From: an uncultured Deinococcales bacterium
Lineage (GTDB): Bacteria > Deinococcota > Deinococci > Deinococcales > JAAFIG01
Length of the DNA: 26,578 bases
NCBI GenBank assembly: GCA_964247135.1
Contig: CAXTTL010000042.1
Span: forward strand, 1-26,578
Direction: 5' to 3'
How positions within the stretch are numbered: the first letter of the stretch is position 1; every line of letters begins with the position of its first letter. Both the position numbers and the translations under genes were made by a program. Shown here in pieces: positions 8,449-15,988 of this stretch. The notes beneath the pieces are model-generated. The model had not been told where the DNA came from. It saw only the letters and a program-made list of their open reading frames with translations, and made no database searches.

Positions 8449-9048
8449 ATGTCAAGTAAAAAGCAAAACCACCTTAAAATCGCACCGACGCTGATCATTG
8501 TTCAGACCGACGTCCACGACCAAGAGACCACCGTTTGGACCAAAGACGGTTTTGATCATGTGGTCGAGCCGCAAGCCTTAAAGCAAGCCCGCGCACATGC
8601 GAAAAAGCTCAAGTCCGAACTGCATTTGCACGCCATTCGAGATTTTGAAATCCAAAATGGCGCCGCTCGAGGGTTTCGACTTGGCGACTCGGTGGTCGTG
8701 TTGCTCAATCCAAACGCAACCCTCGACGACGGCTGGTTTGGCAGTGTCGTTGCAGAAAACGATCAGCGGGTCACGGTGAATGTGAAGAATACCCTAAACC
8801 ATCACGTTCGCACCATCGAATTTCGAAGGCTCGACGGCACCGGCTGGCTCGACAAAAATCTGAGAATCCAGCCGGTTACGGCTGAATTTGTCTCGTTCTG
8901 GCAACGTATGCAACTGATCGATGCCATCCGTTACAGGCTCCAAAATCCCGAGGTGCTGGACATCAAAACCTTGGAAAAAGCGGCAAAAGTCCTCGGCGTT
9001 GGGTCGGAAAACCTCAGCATCATCAAGGATCAAGATGCCAAGCGTTGA
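8449..9048 (+). CDS. Hypothetical protein, tandem paralog A1 (199 aa)
   Basis: Shares LHLHxIRDFE and RGFRLGDxV blocks with the next ORF. Confidence 0.75.
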   Translation: MSSKKQNHLKIAPTLIIVQTDVHDQETTVWTKDGFDHVVEPQALKQARAHAKKLKSELHLHAIRDFEIQNGAARGFRLGDSVVVLLNPNATLDDGWFGSVVAENDQRVTVNVKNTLNHHVRTIEFRRLDGTGWLDKNLRIQPVTAEFVSFWQRMQLIDAIRYRLQNPEVLDIKTLEKAAKVLGVGSENLSIIKDQDAKR

Positions 9049-9625
9049 AAATCGAGCACCCAGACCCTCGAGTCTTGAGGTCGTCCAAATCATGCCAGAG
9101 GTGGACAAACCATACGCAATAGTCTGTTGCCAAAACGGACTGAGGTATGTGGTGAGACCCGACGCTCTGGTCGCGGCAAAACTTCACACCAGCCCTCCGC
9201 TACACCTGCATTCGATCAGGGATTTTGAAGTCAAATTGGGCAGCCAAAGGGGATTTCGTCTGGGCGATGAGGTCATCGCCGTTCACGGTGGGGACCATCC
9301 GATGGAGATGGGAGCGTTTGGCAGGATCACCGCAGAAATGTCGGCTTCGGTCGAGGTCACCATCTTTGATTTTGAAAACGTTGAGCTGGAATCGAAAACG
9401 CGTGTCCTCAATTTTAACCGCTTGAGCGGTTGGGAAGAATCAGACAAACGTGATCGTCAGCAAATTTCACCCATGACCACGGGATTTCGATTGCAGTGGC
9501 AAACGGTGAACGCCCAGCTCGCCATTCAACATCACGTGTTCAAAGAATCCAACCTCGAGAAACTCAGGCAAATCGTAGACATCCTCGGCATTCAACTCTC
9601 AATACCCGAACTGGAGAATCCATGA
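9035..9625 (+). CDS. Hypothetical protein, tandem paralog A2 (start 9035 or 9092)
   Basis: LHLHSIRDFEVKLGSQRGFRLGDEV here versus LHLHAIRDFEIQNGAARGFRLGDSV in A1. Confidence 0.75.
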   Translation: MPSVENRAPRPSSLEVVQIMPEVDKPYAIVCCQNGLRYVVRPDALVAAKLHTSPPLHLHSIRDFEVKLGSQRGFRLGDEVIAVHGGDHPMEMGAFGRITAEMSASVEVTIFDFENVELESKTRVLNFNRLSGWEESDKRDRQQISPMTTGFRLQWQTVNAQLAIQHHVFKESNLEKLRQIVDILGIQLSIPELENP

Positions 9626-10113
9626 AACTCGAGTACCACCGTCACGAAAATGCGCTCGAAATCGGGCACTGCACCGCTTCGCCGCCGCGCACCATTCGCA
9701 TCACGTTTGCCAACGAAATCGCCATTTTTTATTCCGTGGGAATAGATGAAGCGTTTCTCAATGAACAAACCGAAGTCCGCGATGTGCTGGCATTGGCAGA
9801 CAAACGCGGGACTTGGACTGCCATCGTGGACCAGCTCAAGCTTTTTTTTGAAGATGTCACGCCGCTCGGCAGCCAAGGCAAAGCACTCGCCAGTCACGCC
9901 TACATTGCCGAAGACACCAACGGTTGCGTTCATGGCTTGGTCGTTGACCTTGACTCAGAGCCGGAGTTGGTGCGCAGTGCGCTTAGGGAGTACCTCAGCG
10001 AGGGTTGGGCAGTTCGACGCGTGACGCTCGAGGAATCAAGGAGAATGGCAGAAAACTTTTGCACCTGCGAGGGGCGATGCACTCGTCAAAATGCTGTATC
10101 GCAAACGCTGTAG
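9622..10113 (+). CDS. Hypothetical protein (163 aa)
   Basis: RBS GGAG, ATGA overlap with A2, and a Cys-rich C-terminus. Confidence 0.65.
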   Translation: MKLEYHRHENALEIGHCTASPPRTIRITFANEIAIFYSVGIDEAFLNEQTEVRDVLALADKRGTWTAIVDQLKLFFEDVTPLGSQGKALASHAYIAEDTNGCVHGLVVDLDSEPELVRSALREYLSEGWAVRRVTLEESRRMAENFCTCEGRCTRQNAVSQTL

Positions 10114-10302
10114 GCGTTGTTTCGAATCTGATTTTGCCTGTTGGAAAAACGCGTTGTGGCAGCACCAACCACGTTACGCTTTGATCGAGGCGGGATCGTG
10201 AACGCAGTGGGAAGACGGCAAGACCAATTTCACGCGAGTCAATAGGTTCGTTTGCGCCTGATCAAATTCAAAACCAATCTCAATTGTCTCTCAAGGGGAA
10301 CC

Positions 10303-10671
10303 ATGCTCGCACAAAACAATCCAGAACCAACATCCGAAACTTACCCAGAAAGTTTTGTCCTCAACCAAGCCAACATCGTCACTCCAGGCGGATTTGATGA
10401 TCACTGGTGGGCGCTCGAGCGGTTTTTATTTGCAAACAATTTTCAAAACGATTGGAAGCTTTTTTTGAACCTGATCAGCAAGTCAAATCGTGTAACCTTG
10501 ATCGCGCCAAGGGGCGATCATTTGACGAAGTTCACCCAGCGCACGTCTCCCGTGTTGGTGATCCAAGCCTTCGTTAGCTTTAACAAGGTTGTAATAATGC
10601 AGCAGCTCAAACTTCAATTGTTTGGCAACCAACTCAGCATTGAACTGGTGCGTTCCAAAGAGTCCGATTGA
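10303..10671 (+). CDS. Hypothetical protein (122 aa)
   Basis: RBS AAGGGG precedes the ATG at 10303. It converges on the par operon. Confidence 0.55.
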   Translation: MLAQNNPEPTSETYPESFVLNQANIVTPGGFDDHWWALERFLFANNFQNDWKLFLNLISKSNRVTLIAPRGDHLTKFTQRTSPVLVIQAFVSFNKVVIMQQLKLQLFGNQLSIELVRSKESD

Positions 10672-10680
10672 ACGTCTCCC

Positions 10681-11004
10681 CTATGCTTTTTTAAGCCATT
10701 GTTCAATTGCATCGCGTACCGCATGGCGAATTTCCAAGTCTTTTTCGGCGCATTTAATGTTGAGTTTGCGTTTTAAATCTTCAGGCAAGTGCGTGCCAAA
10801 TTTGATCCATTTTTCGGGCATCGGGACTGGCTCGAGCACGGGTGGCAAGCCAACTTCTTGACTTGCCAACTCGTCAACTCGCTGAGTAGTCATAACTTGT
10901 CTTGATGCTTGGTCGTCGATTTCCAAGTCTTGTTTGTCTTGCGATTTGCCAAATTTACCGAGCGCCTCAAGGGCTTTGGTTCGATCAGTCCGGACGGTCT
11001 TCAT
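10681..11004 (-). CDS. Ribbon-helix-helix centromere-binding partition protein (ParG-like)
   Basis: C-terminal KFGTHLPEDLKRKLNIKCAEKDLEIRHAVRDAIEQWL fits an RHH. Polar N-terminal arm. ATGA-coupled to parA. Confidence 0.8.
   Translation of the reverse strand: MKTVRTDRTKALEALGKFGKSQDKQDLEIDDQASRQVMTTQRVDELASQEVGLPPVLEPVPMPEKWIKFGTHLPEDLKRKLNIKCAEKDLEIRHAVRDAIEQWLKKA
10849..10896. repeat. 8-bp-period array inside the RHH partition gene
   Basis: gccaactt cttgactt gccaactc gtcaactc gctgagta gtcataac. Confidence 0.55.
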
Positions 11005-11552
11005 AAGAACTTCCTAAACGCCAGCTCGTATTCATGGAGACGCGTCGGGACTTCACCAAACGAACGTTGATATTCCACCCTGCTCGGGATGATACCGATC
11101 ACGGGTATTTCGGCATCCTCGAGTGCCAATCGCATTTCCATGCCCAGCTTTCCAGTCGGAGCCTGGGTCAAAAGGACACCGTAAGGTCCTTCAAACCCAG
11201 AGGCAAAGAAGGTATCCATCGTACTGCGAAGACGGTCGATGTCCAGAAGATTGGTTCGGGCAACGATGACACATTTGTCGGCAGCTCGAGCCGCAGCACC
11301 CAAGAGTTTGGGATCATTTGGCGGGGTATCAATCACGAGTGTCCGTTTTTGACTCACGGCAGTGTCCATTTCGCGAGATGGAAAAACGGAAAATGGCAAG
11401 GTGACTTTTTTGGACCATGACAAACATGTTCCTTCGGGATCAAAGTCAATCACGGCTGACGGTTTGCCGTTGGATTGGAGTAAGGCTGCCAGGTGCATCG
11501 CGGTGACACTTTTCCCCACCCCGCCTTTGCGTGAAAGTATTGAAATGACCAT
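11001..11552 (-). CDS. parA: ParA-family partition ATPase (short, type Ib)
   Basis: Deviant Walker A KGGVGKS, DFDPEG and VIDTPP. No N-terminal HTH. Confidence 0.92.
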   Translation of the reverse strand: MVISILSRKGGVGKSVTAMHLAALLQSNGKPSAVIDFDPEGTCLSWSKKVTLPFSVFPSREMDTAVSQKRTLVIDTPPNDPKLLGAAARAADKCVIVARTNLLDIDRLRSTMDTFFASGFEGPYGVLLTQAPTGKLGMEMRLALEDAEIPVIGIIPSRVEYQRSFGEVPTRLHEYELAFRKFL

Positions 11553-11558
11553 AATCCC

Positions 11559-11564
11559 AAACTA
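11559..11564 (-). promoter_or_regulatory. -10 box of leaderless parA transcript
   Basis: Minus strand reads TAGTTT-gggatt-ATG (TANNNT + 6 nt + start), with no clear SD. Confidence 0.6.
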
Positions 11565-11566
11565 CT

Positions 11567-11899
11567 CTTAGGAAGTTGACGTGTCAAGTAGTCAACGTGT
11601 CATCTCGAGAACAAGACAACTACGTGACTAGCTGACTCGCTAAGTTCTTGATTGGGGGGATGAATCAGTCTGTCAAAAATATGCTGTTTTACACAGAGAA
11701 ATACCAAACCCCAACATCTTGAAAATATAAGCTACTCAAGTAGTTGACGCGCTAAGAAGCTGAATGGTTGTAAATTTTGGTAGTTGACCAGTCCGTCAGC
11801 AGGGTAGTCAGCAGGTTGGCACGCCAAAAAAAGATACGAGTCATCCAACACTGTAGGAAGTTGAGTAGCCAACTACCCAACGAGTTGACAAGTCAAATC
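11567..11899. repeat. Centromere-like (parS) 8-bp-period arrays upstream of parA
   Basis: 11575-11646: gttgacgt gtcaagta gtcaacgt gtcatctc gagaacaa gacaacta cgtgacta gctgactc gctaagtt. 11735-11766: ctcaagta gttgacgc gctaagaa gctgaatg. 11860-11899: gttgagta gccaacta cccaacga gttgacaa gtcaaatc. Confidence 0.7.
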
Positions 11900-11914
11900 G
11901 AAACGAGACCATCC

Positions 11915-12310
11915 ATGAACAAGCAGACACCCAAGTCCAGACAGCAATTTGAACACGTGACGCCCAACGGATTCACCACGTCGGTCCTCGCACAAAGTTA
12001 TGAAACCTCGCAACACACGATCGTTTTGTTTATCGAGACCGATGACAATCACGGCACCAGCGCCGTGAACTGCATCGAGAGTCTAAGTGAAGCATTTCAG
12101 AAGCTTCACCTCGAGACGGGCGATCCAAACAAACCCATCAAATGGATTGTATGCAACGCCAACACTTACAGCCCCAAACCTGAACCTGCCGAATACGCCG
12201 AATGGGGGAGAGGAGACGGTTGGAAGTGGCTGTCGCGTGCGGCGCTGGCGGCGGAGACGGCAGACGAACACTTGCCGGAGTACCGTGGCGAGCTGAATCG
12301 CTGGACTTGA
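11915..12310 (+). CDS. Hypothetical protein (131 aa)
   Basis: ATG at 11915 and an ETDDNHGTSAVNCIE motif. It converges with rep. Confidence 0.6.
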   Translation: MNKQTPKSRQQFEHVTPNGFTTSVLAQSYETSQHTIVLFIETDDNHGTSAVNCIESLSEAFQKLHLETGDPNKPIKWIVCNANTYSPKPEPAEYAEWGRGDGWKWLSRAALAAETADEHLPEYRGELNRWT

Positions 12311-12313
12311 GCA

Positions 12314-13750
12314 CTAGCTCAAACGTTTTGATTTTGAGACTCGAGGCTCAAGGTCAGGTTCGAGAGCGCCCAACAACACTGAGCGGAATTCAGCCGAGTC
12401 CTTGGTCCTCCATGCCGTGACCAATTTGGATTTCACCGTTCTCAGATCGTCGCTCGTCAGGCGCAATCGGCTCTTGGCGAGTTCAATTTCATTGTGGTTC
12501 AAAAAACGCTCAATCAGCAAGTTCATGCTCACAAAAACATGATCAATCTGTTCATCGCGTGTCCCGACTCGAAAAACCTGTTCAAAATCGTCATCGTCTT
12601 CAGAGATTTGCGCTTGAGGGTTGGGTGTTTTCGTTGTGGTCATCTGTGCCTGACCCTCGTCGACATATTTGCCCGTCTCGTCGCAGATCACGTCGCGCAC
12701 AAACCCTGCGGGATTTCGGGCGTGAAAGTTCTTCAAGAGTTGTTCAGCCAGTTGAGAACGCTCTTGCACCCGTAACGCGCCGTACCGCTGCACCAGCTCG
12801 ATGATCGAACCCAAGGACAAACCAAAGCGCCGAAGTTTCTCGAGCGTCAGCGGGCGCAATCCAGTCTCAACCACACTGGCACGTTTCTCGAACACGTAGG
12901 TGATGGATTGTTTGCCGCCACGTCCAAGGTAAATCACTTCTTTAAGATAGCCACGTTCGATCAACTCCTCGTGCGCACCCTGCAGGGCACGACGAATCTT
13001 GTTTGGACTGTTGTCGTTAAATTTGCACTCTGCCCCCCAAGCCAGCAGGTTCTCGCTGAATTGAGGGCGCGAAACATCGTCTGGATGGGAGAAATTGGCG
13101 CGTTTGCCGTCAAGCAATCGGTACAGACCACGGCTCGAGGGGCGCTGCAGGGAGCGCAAAAAATCGAGGTTGAGTGGTTTGGTGTATTTTGCCCTGATAC
13201 TGTCCATGATCGGCGTCGAAAGTCCCAGCACCAATTCGGTTTGCTGACCAAAGGTGGCGCTCCTGCCGATGAAAGAAAATTTTTCGATGTAAGAAAACGT
13301 GCTGGTGGTCCAGCGCGTATTGCGGGTATCAAACCACGAGTCAGAGGCTGTATAGACCGCGCTGCGCAGCCTGAACAGGGAGGCTCGCAGCGCCGTGTAA
13401 TAGTGTCCGCTGTCGGCCAGCCCTGCCCTGGTCAGAATTCGGTAGGGGGTGGTGACGAGTTCATTTTTTTCCAAATTCCCCTCCTCAAAAAACAGGTCGT
13501 AAATCGCCAGCACAAAGTCGTTGTCCAGCCCGTGAGGCACGCCACCGTACTCGCTCGGGGCAACACACTCGAGCGTCCCGTGGCGCTGACCGAGCGCAAT
13601 TTCAACTTTCCAGGTCGTGAAATCACTGGGGATGCGCTCTTGAAGGCTGATTAGACCGAGGCGGGCCACGTTGGCTTCCTCGACCTGGGTCGTACCCACC
13701 CCCCCCAGGCTTTGCTCGAGCGCTTTAGGTCGCTTGGCTGTTTTGGTCAC
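12314..13750 (-). CDS. repA: Plasmid replication initiator (replication initiator protein A / RPA family, Deinococcus-Thermus type)
   Basis: EEANVARLGLISLQERIP, GGVPHGLDNDF, RGLYRLLD and RRALQGAHEELIERGYL. An iteron array is adjacent. Confidence 0.88.
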   Translation of the reverse strand: MTKTAKRPKALEQSLGGVGTTQVEEANVARLGLISLQERIPSDFTTWKVEIALGQRHGTLECVAPSEYGGVPHGLDNDFVLAIYDLFFEEGNLEKNELVTTPYRILTRAGLADSGHYYTALRASLFRLRSAVYTASDSWFDTRNTRWTTSTFSYIEKFSFIGRSATFGQQTELVLGLSTPIMDSIRAKYTKPLNLDFLRSLQRPSSRGLYRLLDGKRANFSHPDDVSRPQFSENLLAWGAECKFNDNSPNKIRRALQGAHEELIERGYLKEVIYLGRGGKQSITYVFEKRASVVETGLRPLTLEKLRRFGLSLGSIIELVQRYGALRVQERSQLAEQLLKNFHARNPAGFVRDVICDETGKYVDEGQAQMTTTKTPNPQAQISEDDDDFEQVFRVGTRDEQIDHVFVSMNLLIERFLNHNEIELAKSRLRLTSDDLRTVKSKLVTAWRTKDSAEFRSVLLGALEPDLEPRVSKSKRLS

Positions 13751-13756
13751 GCCCTC

Positions 13757-13762
13757 AGTTTA
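13757..13762 (-). promoter_or_regulatory. -10 box of leaderless rep transcript
   Basis: Minus strand reads TAAACT-gagggc-GTG (TANNNT + 6 nt + start). Confidence 0.6.
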
Positions 13763-13787
13763 GCCCGATTTTTGGCGTGAGGTTGAG

Positions 13788-13838
13788 ATTAAAAGAAAAA
13801 AGGCTTTTGATGTTAATAACTTGTTGAAACAACAACAG
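13788..13838. other. AT-rich tract, candidate DNA unwinding element of the origin
   Basis: ATTAAAAGAAAAAAGGCTTTTGATGTTAATAACTTGTTGAAACAACAAC lies between the rep promoter and the first iteron and includes a TTGTTG-aaa-CAACAA inverted repeat. Confidence 0.55.
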
Positions 13839-13883
13839 GGCGAGTGGACCTTCGTGTCGGTGAGGGCATTGAAGGTCACAACT

Positions 13884-14304
13884 GACCGAGTGTTACGGGC
13901 TTTTGGGTGTCATTTCGACCAAGTCTTACGGGCTTTGGCGCCCCATTTCGACCGAGTCTTACGGGCTTTGGACCAACCAGCCATCGCAAGGAGGGTCAAA
14001 TTGACCAAGTATTACGGCTTTACGACGGACAACTGACCAAGTATGACGACCCGAAATTGACCGAGTATGACGGGAAATCGACCAAGTATTACGGGTCGTC
14101 AAACAATCAAAATGACGAAACTGACCAAGTGTTACGGGTGATTGCTGCGACGACGGACTCAATCCGACCAAGTATTGCGGAGGTCGGTTTTTCAAACGGA
14201 AAGTAACAAAATATCTTCTCAAGCAACCAGATTCGCAGATTTCACGCGATTCGCGCCACGCCGGTACAAAGCTGAAAAGCCACGAATCGACCAAGTATTA
14301 CGGG
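13884..14304 (+). repeat. Iteron array (replication origin), 10 direct repeats of about GACCRAGTVTTACGGG
   Basis: Copies start at 13884, 13917, 13950, 14003, 14035, 14059, 14080, 14123, 14166 and 14289, directly upstream of rep. Confidence 0.88.
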
Positions 14305-14400
14305 AAGGAACCGAAGCCAAAACACAAACGAGCCAGGCGTTCCATGTCTCGTCACCACCGCAGACCATCGCCGATCACTTCCCAAATTCTCAAAGGTCGA

Positions 14401-14406
14401 TAGAAT
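14401..14406 (+). promoter_or_regulatory. Candidate -10 box (TAGAAT)
   Basis: TAGAAT is followed by RBS AAGGA and the ATG at 14420. TTCCCA lies 16 bp upstream. Confidence 0.45.
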
Positions 14407-14419
14407 AACAAAGGAATAC

Positions 14420-14707
14420 ATGAGCCAAAGAACCTTCACCCACAAACACAAAAAAGGACAACTCAAGATCACAGCCGGTTGGGACCGACCACTGGGATAT
14501 AGTTTTTTGGTGGTCGAAATCAAGGGGCGAGAAAAACCGCTCTACACAAATTTAAGCGACCCTGAAGGACCCGATGTGCCGCCGCAAAAATGCCAGCAAA
14601 TCCTTCAACAACTCGAGATACCAATCCCGAAGGGATTTATCGAACAGCTTGGCGAAGATAGAATCATGAAACCAGGCAACCTCTACAGCGACTTTGGGGA
14701 AATCTAG
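14420..14707 (+). CDS. Hypothetical protein with GWDRPL motif (95 aa)
   Basis: RBS AAGGA. The GWDRPL...LYTNL...GN pattern resembles small plasmid/ICE hypotheticals as I recall them. Confidence 0.75.
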   Translation: MSQRTFTHKHKKGQLKITAGWDRPLGYSFLVVEIKGREKPLYTNLSDPEGPDVPPQKCQQILQQLEIPIPKGFIEQLGEDRIMKPGNLYSDFGEI

Positions 14708-15168
14708 TGGCCAAAAGAAACCTTCAACAAATCCATGGCACCAACATCGAAAATTTGACCGACTTTGGACGGCAGCTCCAAAGTATCCTCAGCCTCAACG
14801 AGCCAAACCAAATCGTCCAACACTACGGCTCGTTCCTTCAGGGCGCTTGCCTGGTGCTGGGTGAGGCATTGCAGTGGCTCGAGCCTCAATTGCAACTGTG
14901 CGTCACCATCCGAGACAACGGGGCGACCGATCATGTTCTTGCCCGCTTTAACGACGTCTATCTCGACGCAGACGGTGTCGGCAGTTACGCGGACGTGGCA
15001 ACCAAGATGCAAGCCATCGAAATGGTTCAAACCGTCAGCATTCGCCCGCTGCATTTGGTTCAATTGAACCCTGAGATTCAATCGGATTCTGAAACGGTTC
15101 AAAAGCTGGTCGCTTACCTCAAACCCAAGCTCGATTTTAACGGCTTGCGCCACGACCTTCAAAAATAA
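14707..15168 (+). CDS. Hypothetical protein, possible Cys-His-Asp fold (153 aa)
   Basis: TAGTG stop/start overlap. Motifs GACLVLGEAL, DHVLA and YLDADG. Confidence 0.65.
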   Translation: MAKRNLQQIHGTNIENLTDFGRQLQSILSLNEPNQIVQHYGSFLQGACLVLGEALQWLEPQLQLCVTIRDNGATDHVLARFNDVYLDADGVGSYADVATKMQAIEMVQTVSIRPLHLVQLNPEIQSDSETVQKLVAYLKPKLDFNGLRHDLQK

Positions 15169-15178
15169 GTGATCAGAC

Positions 15179-15217
15179 CAAGGCGTCCCGCATCAGTGTG
15201 GGACGCCTTGATTTGTT
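15179..15217 (+). terminator. Intrinsic terminator-like hairpin
   Basis: CAAGGCGTCCCgca-tcag-tgtGGGACGCCTTG then ATTTGTT, 10 nt after the stop. Confidence 0.65.
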
Positions 15218-15268
15218 GGGCTGTGAAATTTCCTCAACATAAAAAGAGATTGAGAATTATGGTTTGAG

Positions 15269-15316
15269 CGTGATTTGAGCCATTTGGTCACCCCCCACCG
15301 AATGGCTCAGATCACG
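15269..15316 (+). repeat. 20-bp imperfect inverted repeat
   Basis: CGTGATTTGAGCCATTTGGT-cacccccc-ACCGAATGGCTCAGATCACG. Both mismatches are T.G on the + strand. Confidence 0.8.
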
Positions 15317-15409
15317 AAATGAAACCGCGAACAGGGGAGACACCACCACATTCTGAAAGGAAACACTGAACCCGCCGTCGAATCAAATCAAGCCGTCAAA
15401 AAGGAAATC

Positions 15410-15988
15410 ATGAAAAAACTCTTTATGCTCACCCTGTCCACCGTTCTCGTTTCAGCCCTCTCGAGCTGCTTTCCGCTGATCACAACCGGGACGGCGATCA
15501 CCAGCGGCGGCTTCAATGGCACGCCGCTGGCCAGCCAAAGCGACCAAAATTGGCGCACCAGTTTTGACTTGTTCACCGCCGCCGTCAAGCGGCTCGATTA
15601 CAACGCCATCAATGATTTGCTGGTCGCCCCGTACTTCACCCCGATGCAAATCTCGTTGCTCGAGCAAAAGTTCAAAAATAACCCAGCACTGAGCGAGAGC
15701 GTCCACGCGCAAGCCGCCAAAATCAGCTTTGAAATCACCCGTGTTAACCAACCCAACCAAGGCAATGCCGTTGGGTTGTACCTGAACTACACCATCAACA
15801 CCGTCCCTCGAGAGATCGCCGTGATCGTCGCCAAGGACAGCAGCGGTGCCATGAAAATCGTACCCACCAGCGTCTACGCCGCCACAGGACAGGGCGGGAC
15901 GATCTTTGCCGTGCTGGGCATCAAGGCGGACTCCCCGGACGTGCTCAACATGCTCAACACCATCCAAAAGGAATTGGGCATTCAATGA
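15410..15988 (+). CDS. Putative lipoprotein (192 aa)
   Basis: Signal peptide MKKLFMLTLSTVLVSALSS-C with lipobox LSSC. RBS AAGGA. Confidence 0.75.
   Translation: MKKLFMLTLSTVLVSALSSCFPLITTGTAITSGGFNGTPLASQSDQNWRTSFDLFTAAVKRLDYNAINDLLVAPYFTPMQISLLEQKFKNNPALSESVHAQAAKISFEITRVNQPNQGNAVGLYLNYTINTVPREIAVIVAKDSSGAMKIVPTSVYAATGQGGTIFAVLGIKADSPDVLNMLNTIQKELGIQ

Noticed and set aside
13884-14304. Repeat array as a CRISPR array
   Set aside because: The repeats are only 16 bp and degenerate, the gaps vary from 5 to over 100 bp, there are no cas genes, and the array sits beside rep. Iterons fit better.
13821-14408. Short ORFs over the origin (e.g. 13907-14206, 13959-14294)
   Set aside because: Their repetitive peptides are by-products of the iterons, and they have no RBS or codon support.
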